Source: a phage. From it: a DNA stretch of 27,989 nucleotides. The stretch lies in the NCBI GenBank assembly GCA_025276375.1, contig GCA_025276375.1_3645.2. One strand, given 5' to 3'. Positions 17,301 through 26,219 of the stretch are shown piece after piece; position 1 is the stretch's first letter; the number at the start of each line of letters is the position of its first letter. A model generated the notes under the pieces. It saw only the letters and a list, made by a program, of their open reading frames with translations, was not told where the DNA came from and ran no database searches. The position numbers and the translations under genes were made by a program.

Positions 17301-17725
17301 TAGTTTTCTCCTTCAGGCTCTTCTACCACAAAAAATCTATATCTCCCACCACCAGAGGTAACATATGCATCGCATTTTAAAACGGTAAACCATTTCAAGT
17401 CACCACGGATGTCAGGAAGTTGAATTTGATCAGCCATTGCGTATGTTCCTTCATCCGGACTATACAACTTGGTTGAGGAGTAAACTGTAAAAGCCTCGTA
17501 CTGTCTGTCACCTTCAGGGTTTATTTGAGAGGAGTAATCTTTAGCCGCCCTTCCTGTCAACGGCTGCACAACACACTCTAAGACATCAAACTCTTCATAC
17601 TCAAGTTCTAACCCCTCGTTGGCAAAAGGGCCACCAACTGTTTTGTTATACACTCTGTGGCGACCTTTGAATGTTTTACGAGGTATTAGTCTGTTCTTTC
17701 CTATCAGCTTATAACCTGCTGCCAC
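17300..17725 (-). CDS. head-tail joining protein (141 aa)
   Basis: Context only. Overlaps the downstream start by 1 nt. Confidence 0.3.
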   Translation of the reverse strand: MAAGYKLIGKNRLIPRKTFKGRHRVYNKTVGGPFANEGLELEYEEFDVLECVVQPLTGRAAKDYSSQINPEGDRQYEAFTVYSSTKLYSPDEGTYAMADQIQLPDIRGDLKWFTVLKCDAYVTSGGGRYRFFVVEEPEGEN

Positions 17726-17740
17726 TCAACCCCCTTATTT

Positions 17741-18211
17741 TTACTGTCCGATTTTAAAGGTTGCAGATTCAAGCAGCACATCGTAATGCCGCATAGCCTC
17801 GTTGAAGCCTTTCTCTTGTGCCCACTGCTCGCTAACAGTAGGATTACTAAACTGCCCAGCCTCAATAACAAACTGGATAGCTTTGGCCCCTGTGTCCCCC
17901 ATCTGCTTAAGAATAGCCTCTGCACTTGATCCTCTAGCCATAGCTCTCAACAATTTTTCTGTCAAGGTCTGTAGTTGAGTGCTGTGAAATGCAAAGGCTG
18001 TCTCCATGAAATTGCGAACAGGCAGCCCGTTCCAACCGAAGTTGTGAATGGCTGCCAATGTTGCCATATTTAAGCCTGACGGGTGAGGTTCGTCATAAAA
18101 GCCGTAGGTTATTGTTTTACTTTCAAGTCTCACAAGTTCTTTGTAGAAGCGATCTAAACGCTTTAGGTTGAACCTTGTTTGACATTTAACCTTTAGCATT
18201 ATATCCCTCAC
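17741..18211 (-). CDS. head-tail joining / virion morphogenesis protein (156 aa)
   Basis: Context only. Confidence 0.3.
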   Translation of the reverse strand: MRDIMLKVKCQTRFNLKRLDRFYKELVRLESKTITYGFYDEPHPSGLNMATLAAIHNFGWNGLPVRNFMETAFAFHSTQLQTLTEKLLRAMARGSSAEAILKQMGDTGAKAIQFVIEAGQFSNPTVSEQWAQEKGFNEAMRHYDVLLESATFKIGQ

Positions 18212-18252
18212 TAATGTATTTTACCACAAAGATACATCAAAAGCAACAATTT

Positions 18253-18873
18253 TTAAAAACTGCGTTTGCGTCTTGGGTGGCGAGGAGGTTGGTTATTTAG
18301 ACCACTGATAGGTGTAATCCCCTGGACATCGAACGGTCCGTTGCTGTTTTCATTAAATTTAACCCGAATTCCTTCGTCTACACGAACACCACCAATGATA
18401 ATCATTCTGCTGTAAGCATCTAACTCAGAATCTACATAGTCTGGGTGTGCCAGCAGCCAATCAAGGAAATCTTTCCATTGGGCGTAGGAAGATCCACCAC
18501 GAATCTCTATGGTCTCATCACCTATTTTTTCCAGACGGGAAGTTATACTTGCATTACCGCTGGACACTTCCTGCATCATCAGCCACCGCACAAGCTGCAC
18601 AAGCACATTGTACTTAAGCAGAGGCAGCTTATCAGGATCTGCCGGATAATTTAGTTTCAACTTCTCCATGTCAAGGAATGTTTTAATTACCTCGTCAGGG
18701 AGGGTTTCCTCATCAACATTGCCAAGCAACAACCTCATAATATTAATAAGAGGTTGGTCTGGATCAGGTTCCGGAGGTACAGGATCTTCTTTTGGTGGTT
18801 CTTCTGGGGTATCTACTGCACCATCATGGTTAGGCGGGGACGGGATAATCTCTTCATCTTCATACCATGCCAT
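18253..18873 (-). CDS. head completion / connector protein (206 aa) with acidic Pro-rich N-terminus
   Basis: Context only. SD GAGG before the ATG at 18873. Confidence 0.3.
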   Translation of the reverse strand: MAWYEDEEIIPSPPNHDGAVDTPEEPPKEDPVPPEPDPDQPLINIMRLLLGNVDEETLPDEVIKTFLDMEKLKLNYPADPDKLPLLKYNVLVQLVRWLMMQEVSSGNASITSRLEKIGDETIEIRGGSSYAQWKDFLDWLLAHPDYVDSELDAYSRMIIIGGVRVDEGIRVKFNENSNGPFDVQGITPISGLNNQPPRHPRRKRSF

Positions 18874-18883
18874 TTGAAAATAC

Positions 18884-18922
18884 CTCGTAAAAATAAAGCC
18901 CCATTCCTAATTTGGAAGGGGC
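18884..18922 (-). terminator. hairpin + U-tract after the 279-aa gene
   Basis: Minus-strand GCCCCUUCC-AAAUUA-GGAAUGGGGC (one bulge) followed by UUUAUUUUUAC. Confidence 0.45.
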
Positions 18923-18932
18923 CTTAACAAAA

Positions 18933-19772
18933 TTATGCCAGTGCAGCCTCAAAATCTTTCATCATATTTTGGAAAGTTTTTGCCTTACTTAAGGTAACAC
19001 CGTGCTCTTTGGCGAAGGTTTGGAGTGCATCTTTTGAACCACTTTTGTCATCTTCGTTGTTAAGAGCTGCGGCCTGCTGTAGTAGGGCATCAACATCACT
19101 GCGAGAAGATCTTGATTCTTGTGCCTGTTCAGGATCCTGCTCAGTGCCTCCCTCCGGTACAGTCGGACCTTGGGATTCTTCACCACCACCAGGTTCAGTA
19201 GGACCTACAGGCGGCTCTGGTTGAGGCGGTGGAGCTATCGTAGAGACCAGCCCAAGATTTACAACCTGAGAACGTTTCTTAGGCCACTCAATGGTGAAAG
19301 TTTGGGTATCTTCTTCATAAACAACGTTGCATTGCTCATCGTTTATGGTCACCTTTTTAGGCATCCCTACAGGGTCCCATAGATGGCCCTCTGCCACGGA
19401 AACTTGGAAAGCCGCATCTACCTCTTTAAACACTGACGGGGTGAGTGTGATATTGACATCCCCACTTTGCAGTGTTAAAGTGCTTTCATCAAGGTTCTCT
19501 GTGAAGAACAGAAGAATAACACCCATACGGATAGTTGAAATACCAGTATCAATTGGCAGGCCTGTGTGTTTTGCAATCTTCTGGAAGAAGTCTACAATCG
19601 TTCTGCATGGATAGTGCACACTGCCAATAACGAATTCTGTTGGCGGCAGCAGGGCTGATAAACCAACATTGATTTCTGGGTTATATTGTGCTAAAAATTG
19701 ATAAAAACTTAACTGATTGTTGAAAACTCTTAATAGAGGATCATACTCGACTGGGTAGACGGTTCGCTTCAC
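18933..19772 (-). CDS. capsid-associated hypothetical protein (279 aa), GTG start
   Basis: GTG at 19772 with AGGAG 7 nt upstream. Pro/Glu-rich central linker. Follows the MCP terminator. Confidence 0.35.
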   Translation of the reverse strand: MKRTVYPVEYDPLLRVFNNQLSFYQFLAQYNPEINVGLSALLPPTEFVIGSVHYPCRTIVDFFQKIAKHTGLPIDTGISTIRMGVILLFFTENLDESTLTLQSGDVNITLTPSVFKEVDAAFQVSVAEGHLWDPVGMPKKVTINDEQCNVVYEEDTQTFTIEWPKKRSQVVNLGLVSTIAPPPQPEPPVGPTEPGGGEESQGPTVPEGGTEQDPEQAQESRSSRSDVDALLQQAAALNNEDDKSGSKDALQTFAKEHGVTLSKAKTFQNMMKDFEAALA

Positions 19773-19795
19773 GGGACACTCCTGTTAAACCCTAA

Positions 19796-19829
19796 TAAGT
19801 AAAAAGGGGAGGGGGAGAACCCCCTCCCC
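19796..19829 (-). terminator. strong intrinsic terminator immediately after the major capsid gene
   Basis: Minus-strand GGGGAGGGGG-UUCU-CCCCCUCCCC (perfect 10-bp GC stem) followed by UUUUUACUUAUU. Confidence 0.7.
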
Positions 19830-19853
19830 ATATGGGATGAATCACATCAGTGA

Positions 19854-20879
19854 TTAGCCATCGTTTTTCAGAGTTACTTTAACAACCAGCTCTGGACGGG
19901 TGTTAACTGCCAGCATGGAAGTTTCAGATTCGATTTTCTGTTCTCTCAGGTAGGCAGAGTGTTTATACCACATATACAGCTCTTGAGCTGGGGTATTTGC
20001 ATCTTCCAGAGTGTCAGCCGGAGCAAAGTGCAGCTGGAACATCTGATCGATACCCATAGGCATCAGACGAGCCTCACCGTCCGGAATGTTGCCAGAGATG
20101 TCTTCGATGAAGGTCATACCCTTGTGTTCAAACACACGGTAAATGCTCTGTTCACCACCTGCACCCAGACGACGACGCAGCGGTTCCTGAGAAGAGCTGT
20201 AGTAGGTGTAAGCCAGCTCTACCAGCGGGTGATGAACCAGTGCTGAGAAGAATTTCGGAGAGCACAGCGCGATGATGTTATAAGCACCAGCGTTGTCACC
20301 AGCCTGCAGAGCAATGTGCAGACGTGCATCTTCGATTACTTCCATCGGGTCCTGTGCTGCATTTTTAGGATCGATTTCGATAGATTTCTGGGAAACGCCC
20401 CACAGTTTGTAATAGTCATACTGACAGGTGGTGTCGCCAGGGGCATATGATTTACCCAGAACTGCAGCAAACAGCGCTTTTTCACGCAGAGTTTCGTGGG
20501 TCAGACGGATACGACGAACCACACGGGTAACTACGTCCTGAACAGTTTTCGGTGCATCAGGGGTGAAGTAGCGACGGAAGTTCTGAACATCCGCAGCGGT
20601 GATACCTTTATCCAGCGGGAAGAACGGGATGTTCAGGTTTTTGATCTGAGCACGTTCGCTACCAACGTAGTTACGTTCACCACCACGGCGACGTGCAGCA
20701 ATATCACCAACCACTTCATCTACACGTTCAATCTGTGCGATTGTTGAGGTGCCTAGATGAGTTTCAAACAGATCCATACCAGTGATCAGTCGGAATTGGC
20801 GCGGAACCAGTTCAAGAGTAGCACCTAAATCAACAATACCAAAATCATCTTTACGGGTGTTAGCCATTATTTTCTCCAA
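19854..20879 (-). CDS. major capsid protein (341 aa)
   Basis: Position after the scaffold and small capsid-associated genes, followed by the strongest terminator in the window. SD GGAG before the ATG. Size typical of coat proteins that use a separate scaffold. Confidence 0.7.
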   Translation of the reverse strand: MEKIMANTRKDDFGIVDLGATLELVPRQFRLITGMDLFETHLGTSTIAQIERVDEVVGDIAARRRGGERNYVGSERAQIKNLNIPFFPLDKGITAADVQNFRRYFTPDAPKTVQDVVTRVVRRIRLTHETLREKALFAAVLGKSYAPGDTTCQYDYYKLWGVSQKSIEIDPKNAAQDPMEVIEDARLHIALQAGDNAGAYNIIALCSPKFFSALVHHPLVELAYTYYSSSQEPLRRRLGAGGEQSIYRVFEHKGMTFIEDISGNIPDGEARLMPMGIDQMFQLHFAPADTLEDANTPAQELYMWYKHSAYLREQKIESETSMLAVNTRPELVVKVTLKNDG

Positions 20880-20913
20880 ATAACTTTAAAATTTATTTCC
20901 CAAAGATCTAGGA

Positions 20914-21288
20914 TTATTCCTGAACTTTGTTGCCTTTGGCTTCAAGCGCTGCCAGAACTGCTTCAGCTGCCGCTGTGCCGCCAGCAACTTTCAAATGAGC
21001 TTTAGCGAAGGTTACACCGCGAACAGCAACAACCAGCTTGTACCTCTCGCCAACTTTCAGCGGTTCTGCAAGATTTACACGACCAGCAGAGTCGGGCAGA
21101 AGCGCACGGTCAACCAGCACACCAAAGGTGTCTGAACCATCTTGATTAGCCAGAGTACCGGTTTTGGTAACTACTGCGCCAGCAACGTGATCAGCAGTGA
21201 GAGTGATTTCAATTTCTTTAAAGTTGAAACCTGCATCGCTAGAATCAACTTTGCCGAGCACGATATCAGAATATTGAGTGGTGATCAT
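20914..21288 (-). CDS. putative head decoration / capsid accessory protein (124 aa)
   Basis: Small Gly/Ala/Val-rich protein between the scaffold and MCP genes. Context only. Confidence 0.35.
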   Translation of the reverse strand: MITTQYSDIVLGKVDSSDAGFNFKEIEITLTADHVAGAVVTKTGTLANQDGSDTFGVLVDRALLPDSAGRVNLAEPLKVGERYKLVVAVRGVTFAKAHLKVAGGTAAAEAVLAALEAKGNKVQE

Positions 21289-21309
21289 TATTTTCCCCTA
21301 TTAAACAAA

Positions 21310-22290
21310 TTATTTATTGGATTCTTTACGTGCGCGAGCCAGAGCTTTAGCGACGTTTTCAGCAATAATGTCTTCAGCAGATTTAGCAATGTCGTCCACC
21401 ACGACATCACCATCTTTACCTTGCTCTGTGGTTGCGAACTCTTCTTTAGCTTTTTCAACTTTAGCTTCCAGTTCAGCAATACGAGCTTGAGCTTTTTCCA
21501 GCAATTCAACAACAGGGGCGTTAGCTTTATCCAGCATGAATTCGACCAGAGGTGCGTGGTCTTCTTCAGTGGTGAAGCTTAACGCCTGAGCTTTTTCCAG
21601 CATTTTAGCTTTTTCAACTTCTACCTGAGCCTTGATGATTTCTTCAGCTTTTTCATTGGTAGCTTTCAGTTCTTCGAACTGTTTCAGCAGGTCCAGGTAC
21701 TCTTGAGACTTGGTTACGTCTTCCACCGGATTCTCCTCGGTATTTGCGGATTTATCAACATTGTCCACAGCGTCTGTAACAACTTCTTCTGTGGTTTCCT
21801 GTGCCGCTTTAATAAGTTTCCCTTCTTCATCGAAGAGATCAGCGGTCATCTGCTCAAAAACTTGTTGGGTTTTCAACAGAGTGTATTGGTCAACAATACT
21901 TAAATCTTTACCTTCTTTAGCAGCTTTGTGAATGGTTACGTTATCACAACGTTCTTCTAACCACTGCACACAAGCCTCTGCATCAGCCTGTGCCCACTCC
22001 CAATCTGGGTGTTCTTTTGCCCAAGCTTCTTCCTCAATCTCGAACCCAAGCAGGTGAGCCAGTGCCTTAGCATCGTCATACCACATATCGAAAAAACGAC
22101 GCAGGTATTCTTCAAAGCTAAGTTCAACAGTAACTTGGCGAAGAGCCTTAACGATATCCTCTGTTAACTGCTCGGGCTTAAGATCGCTCTTCATTAAAAG
22201 AGATACAGGCCTATTGTTAGCGCTATAGCCTTGCGCCTTATGGCACAGGGCAATCCCCTTCTCTTTAATAGTAATCGTTTTTTCAGACAT
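21310..22290 (-). CDS. putative scaffolding protein (326 aa)
   Basis: Highly acidic, Lys/Glu-rich helical sequence (LEEKAQARIAELEAKVEKAKEE...) between the portal/protease and MCP genes. Start overlaps the upstream stop (TAATG). Confidence 0.55.
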   Translation of the reverse strand: MSEKTITIKEKGIALCHKAQGYSANNRPVSLLMKSDLKPEQLTEDIVKALRQVTVELSFEEYLRRFFDMWYDDAKALAHLLGFEIEEEAWAKEHPDWEWAQADAEACVQWLEERCDNVTIHKAAKEGKDLSIVDQYTLLKTQQVFEQMTADLFDEEGKLIKAAQETTEEVVTDAVDNVDKSANTEENPVEDVTKSQEYLDLLKQFEELKATNEKAEEIIKAQVEVEKAKMLEKAQALSFTTEEDHAPLVEFMLDKANAPVVELLEKAQARIAELEAKVEKAKEEFATTEQGKDGDVVVDDIAKSAEDIIAENVAKALARARKESNK

Positions 22291-22721
22291 TATTCATTGC
22301 CCTCTTCTACAACACTGATCCCGAAGTTTACGTTGGTAATTTCACCAGTTTCTTCATCAACATTGCCTGTTGCCTGAATGCTTAGGCCACCAACAATGCC
22401 AGCCTTCTTAGCTTCCCATAATTCAGGATTATTGTATTTAACTTTAGCAACCCAAGAGCCAGCCTTGATGACCTGCTCAGTGCCAATTACTACAACATCA
22501 AACTCTTCTTGAATCCACGTCTTTTCAATAGTGAAAGCATCTGTAGAGGTCAAGTGGAAAAGGTTTTCAGAAACTAGGCCTGCAGCGTATGCTGCGTCCC
22601 AGTTATCTTTAGCCTTTTTGATGGTGTCTTTACTCATCCACTCACCGTGAGCATCTTTAGTGTCAGGCTCGTAGATGATTTCGTAGGAAATCATTTCTTC
22701 CTGTGGCATCTTATTCCCCAT
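22290..22721 (-). CDS. putative prohead protease / head maturation protein (about 143 aa; track ORF 22290-22865 is over-extended into the portal gene)
   Basis: Lies between portal and scaffold. The track ORF overlaps the portal 3' end by ~90 nt. Internal ATGs at 22721 and 22709 are more plausible starts. Protease assignment is tentative. Confidence 0.35.
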   Translation of the reverse strand: MGNKMPQEEMISYEIIYEPDTKDAHGEWMSKDTIKKAKDNWDAAYAAGLVSENLFHLTSTDAFTIEKTWIQEEFDVVVIGTEQVIKAGSWVAKVKYNNPELWEAKKAGIVGGLSIQATGNVDEETGEITNVNFGISVVEEGNE

Positions 22722-22776
22722 GTGGATTATTTTATCACGCCAAAGGAGGTTTTGCAACCCCCTGTGTTGATAATTT

Positions 22777-24333
22777 TTAATTTTCCATGTTGGATATGGA
22801 ATTATCTCTGGTTGATGACATCTTAGAAGTGCCGTTGCCAGTGGATCCTGCAGCCATACCATCACCAGCCCTGCTGATATCTTGGCCCAAGAGCTTCATC
22901 AGCTCTTCTTGATCCATGTCTTCGTCAAATCTTTCATCAAACCCGCCTACTTCAAGAATCTTATTAATTACTGCAGGAGTTTTTGGCAAGTAACCTACAG
23001 CACCGATCCTCTGGACAAACTTGGAGAAGCTCTCCATGTCCACTTCTTCAATCAGACCAGGTTTCAGTTTAGGCATATCATCATCTTCAAGGATGATACC
23101 ATTCAATGCCAGAAGCTGTGGAATAAGATCTTTATTGAAGGCCTCAGTGATAATATCTATATCACGCTGAACAAAATGACCATGAATAGATTGTTTTGAC
23201 TCAGACAGAGAGAAGGACCCAACGTTATCGTTACCAAGGTTAATAAAGCCAGCACCGAAACGGTCAAGAATCGCCTTCTTACGGGCATCAATCAAATCTT
23301 TAGTGGAATACTGCTTACCCATACCGTCAACCCCCTTCAGGGTCATGGAGTAAAGCTCTTTACCAGACTTATCTCTATCAGACGGAAGTATAAAGAAACT
23401 TTGCTCACCACTATGGGCGTTTGCTGCGTCAAGCATAAGGTCTGCAACCATTCTCCCTTCCATTGAATTCGGGTCAATGCTGGCCTTGTTCAAAATATTG
23501 GAAGGAATTTTCAGCTCAAGCACACCACCAAGGTCTTTGGAACAGCCAACAACCTCAAGGTTTTCAATCAGAACTTTCTCACGGAAAGATCTGTAGCAAC
23601 CTATCATCGGTGACACACCTGCAGGGTTAGATTCTGTTCCTGACAGGGTCATGAGCATAAGCTTTTTAGCAGGGATGAAAATTTCAGGCTCATTAAAGCC
23701 TTTTGAAGGCATTGCAGCAAGAGGTCCAGCCCAGCGTGCATTCTGAGTGTTTAGAAATGCATTAGGTGACTGATAAATACCTGTCAGTGTTCTGCTATTC
23801 TTGTCAAAGACAAACGGCTCTGATCTGGACAGACTGGCCTGAGGTCGGAATGCAATTTTATCAATAAGAAGCATCCCGGCATATTTACCTTCTTTCTCTC
23901 TGCGGTATACTTTCTCAAACAGTGAAAAACCATACTCGTTAAAGGTAGCTGCGCTTCTTGCAATATCTCGAAGAGTTTGTTGGTTTGCCAAATTACGCAA
24001 AGAATACTCTATAAGCTCGGCAGCTTTCTTAGAGTCTTCACTTTTAACATTATAAAGGATCTTAAAATCATTAAATGCTTTCGTGATGAAAACATATTTT
24101 GTATCTAAGGCAGTAGCAACTGTGGAATCACATTTCATAGTTTCCACTGTAGCAATCAGCTGAGGCCAACGCAATTCCTCAACCATCATAGATTGTGATT
24201 CTGCCATAATTTGGGAAAGTGCGCCAGAACCGATCTCACTCATACGAACATTATGAGTTGGTGCGCCTGCGTTCCCAGATTTATTCACAGTTTTGGCTGT
24301 GGCGTTGTGTTTCCTGCGGTTCTTTTTGGACAC
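22777..24333 (-). CDS. portal protein (518 aa), GTG start
   Basis: Large protein directly downstream of the terminase with an acidic C-terminal tail. GTG at 24333 with GAGGGG 8 nt upstream. Confidence 0.8.
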   Translation of the reverse strand: MSKKNRRKHNATAKTVNKSGNAGAPTHNVRMSEIGSGALSQIMAESQSMMVEELRWPQLIATVETMKCDSTVATALDTKYVFITKAFNDFKILYNVKSEDSKKAAELIEYSLRNLANQQTLRDIARSAATFNEYGFSLFEKVYRREKEGKYAGMLLIDKIAFRPQASLSRSEPFVFDKNSRTLTGIYQSPNAFLNTQNARWAGPLAAMPSKGFNEPEIFIPAKKLMLMTLSGTESNPAGVSPMIGCYRSFREKVLIENLEVVGCSKDLGGVLELKIPSNILNKASIDPNSMEGRMVADLMLDAANAHSGEQSFFILPSDRDKSGKELYSMTLKGVDGMGKQYSTKDLIDARKKAILDRFGAGFINLGNDNVGSFSLSESKQSIHGHFVQRDIDIITEAFNKDLIPQLLALNGIILEDDDMPKLKPGLIEEVDMESFSKFVQRIGAVGYLPKTPAVINKILEVGGFDERFDEDMDQEELMKLLGQDISRAGDGMAAGSTGNGTSKMSSTRDNSISNMEN

Positions 24334-24349
24334 AAGCTTTACCCCTCAA

Positions 24350-24386
24350 AACAGTATAACAAAATAGCCCTCGTGTTAGAGGGCTA
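24350..24386 (-). terminator. hairpin + U-tract after the terminase gene
   Basis: Minus-strand UAGCCCUC-UAACAC-GAGGGCUA followed by UUUUGUUAUACUGUUUUG. Confidence 0.45.
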
Positions 24387-24435
24387 GTATCTCCGATTAC
24401 TCTATTCTACCACATCTAATTAAGATTGGCAACAC

Positions 24436-25240
24436 TTAGATAAAACGCTTGAACATAGAAGGTGATGAGATTGATGGAATCACACAAGGAAGTGCTACCT
24501 CCTCTTTCTCCAGGAAATTAATCGCAGAAGCTACACAGTCGGCCCAGTCGTCTTTTCTGTTAAATGTTGATCTTTCCCCGTTGAATTTTTCAAGTTCAGT
24601 CAGAAATGCTTCCAGAGTATCAGGATGGAAACTGGATTTTACAATCCTCACCATTCCTTGTTGGGCAAGATTGGCAAAAGGTGAGAACCTTGTCAGTTTA
24701 GATTTGTTGGAAGGCATTGGGTCTTCTTCAACCCTAAACCCTTCGGCAAGCAAGGATCTGGAGGAGGTTAAGAACTCACTCTTACCTGCCTGACCGGGGT
24801 CCACAGAGAATACGATTATACAATCATCACCATCAAACTGCGCCTGTTTCCTGATGATCACATCTCGTTCACCAGCCTTTTTACAGAACTTGCCTTCTAG
24901 ACCTGTGGAATACCTCCCGTCATCCACGTTCTCAGGACAATAATCACCGGACAGGTAATAAAAGCCGTCGCTATCTTTACTTACCTTAACACTGGCGGTA
25001 AAGTCAGGAAATTTATTACCGGAAGTTCTCTCGGTTCCTGCCTTATCCCATGCCCTGCAAGATACTGACCCAAGAGGTACTCTATCGGCATCACGAAGGA
25101 AAGATCTTTGAAAATAGTTTGCACCCTCAGGCTTTGCAAACCAGTTACCATGAAGAAGCTGAGCTTTTTCCAGTTCCGGCAGACCTTCAAGGAAAGCAAG
25201 GTATTCTGGGTTGTCTCTTAAGCAAACAGGATTATCGAAT
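24436..25240 (-). CDS. terL: terminase large subunit, exon 2 (nuclease domain); 5' boundary is the inferred 3' splice site
   Basis: The frame is open upstream of the track ORF start (24927) as far as the TAA at 25245-25243. Hand translation gives ...DNPVCLRDNPEYLAFLEGLPELEKAQLLHGNWFAKPEGANYFQRSFLRDADRVPLGSVSCRAWDKAGTE..., with terminase nuclease acidic motifs (RAWDKA, DDWADC). Confidence 0.75.
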
Positions 25241-26219
25241 CCTTATATTCAAAGGTGGTCGCAACACCACCTTCCGCACCTTTACGTGCTGCTGCATGTT
25301 ACCATGCAGAGTAGACTATATCACCACCCATTTCAGGGTGCTTCGCTTTTCGAGCGCCATAAGCTTGCGCCCTACTCCCTCTCGGGATAGTCGTTGAACT
25401 ACATTACCAATCGTAATTGTTTGAAATATAGGTGTAAGTCTTACGGTCTTTTATTCCTTTAACAACACTAAAACTTACTCCCCACTTCTTAGCTATTTTA
25501 TTTACACACAAGACCTTATCACTAAGATCCTCGCAGATACCTATTATCTTGTGCTCACTTATCCGATTAGAGGTTGGCACTTTTCTAAAGTTAAACTCTT
25601 TAGAAATATCTGGGTATACTGAGCCATTCTTTATACCACTTACAAGTGATTGATTGACACCAAACATTTCACAAATGTCTTTTACCCTTGCGCCTTGCTC
25701 TAACAGCCTACATATTTCAAGAGCAGTGGCATCATCCAGGGACCTGTATTTATTGACATAGTCCTTTTTAAGTCCCATTTCATGAGCGTGATGTGTGTTT
25801 TCCTCAGGCGTTGTCCACTCAAGGTTCCATGCGGCGTTATTCAACTTATTACCATCTAGGTGGTTTACTTGAGTTTTCACGCTGGGATTGTCATTATCAA
25901 CAAAAGTCATAGCAATCACTCTGTGAACGAGCACTTGGAACTTTTTACCGTCCTCGCACAAAGTTACCATAGCATAGCCAGTCTTTTTCTGCACATTAGG
26001 ATGGAGGAATTTATTAGAATACAGACTGTAAATTCTGCCATCGTATGTAGCACAATAATGATTGTAGCCTAAAAAGCCTAAATTTTTCATTTCAAACATC
26101 TCCCTACTACAGGTTCGGAAGGGTAATTATAGCTGCTGATTGTCCGTTTAGCAATCGGATTTCCCAGCAATTAACGAAGTTATTCGACGTGCATTTCTGC
26201 ACGAAGCCACTATCATTTA
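25241..26219 (-). mobile_element. group I self-splicing intron (about 979 nt) inside terL, carrying an HNH homing endonuclease ORF
   Basis: Minus-strand RNA contains the conserved core elements P AAUUGCUGGGAA (about 26172-26161), Q AAUCAGCAGC (about 26141-26132), R GUUCAACGACUA (25399-25388) and S GAUAUAGUCUAC (25322-25311), with P/Q (GCUG/CAGC) and R/S (GACUA/UAGUC) complementary. GNRA-capped hairpins CGUGCA-GAAA-UGCACG (5' part) and CUGCAUG-GUAA-CAUGCAG (25310-25293). Exon 1 ends in U (26220) and the intron ends in G (25241), which restores the terL frame. Confidence 0.75.
25404..26090 (-). CDS. HNH homing endonuclease (intron-encoded), about 228 aa
   Basis: HNH motif (VHRVIAMTFVDNDNP...QVNHLDGNKLNNAAWNLEWTTPEENTHH) plus two C-terminal helix-turn-helix-like repeats (ICEMFGVNQSLVSGIKNG; IAKKWGVSFSVVKGIKDRK). 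Likely start is the ATG at 26090, 9 nt after AGGGAG. Located between intron elements Q and R. Confidence 0.8.
   Translation of the reverse strand: MKNLGFLGYNHYCATYDGRIYSLYSNKFLHPNVQKKTGYAMVTLCEDGKKFQVLVHRVIAMTFVDNDNPSVKTQVNHLDGNKLNNAAWNLEWTTPEENTHHAHEMGLKKDYVNKYRSLDDATALEICRLLEQGARVKDICEMFGVNQSLVSGIKNGSVYPDISKEFNFRKVPTSNRISEHKIIGICEDLSDKVLCVNKIAKKWGVSFSVVKGIKDRKTYTYISNNYDW

Noticed and set aside
17704-17925. Minus-strand ORF (73 aa) overlapping two neck genes
   Set aside because: Out-of-frame overlap with adjacent, better-supported ORFs and no SD.
21288-21512. Minus-strand ORF (74 aa, Lys/Leu repeats) overlapping the scaffold 3' end in another frame
   Set aside because: Alternative-frame reading of the Lys/Glu-rich scaffold coding region. 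It starts inside the scaffold gene, and the decoration gene has its own proper start.
21142-21582. Plus-strand ORF (146 aa) across the decoration/scaffold junction
   Set aside because: Antisense to two supported genes. Phe/Ser-rich low-complexity translation.
22722-22865. Extended 5' end of the 191-aa track ORF overlapping the portal gene by ~90 nt
   Set aside because: A long overlap with the portal 3' end is unlikely. Internal ATGs at 22721 or 22709 give a compact arrangement, so the extension is treated as non-coding.
24449-24793. Plus-strand ORF (114 aa) inside terL exon 2
   Set aside because: Antisense to the terminase nuclease domain.
24981-25397. Track ORFs 24981-25199 (minus) and 25050-25397 (plus) in the region upstream of the listed terL C-terminal ORF
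   Set aside because: The correct minus-strand frame here is the in-frame upstream extension of terL exon 2 (open to 25240) and the structured 3' part of the intron. These ORFs are in other frames or on the other strand.
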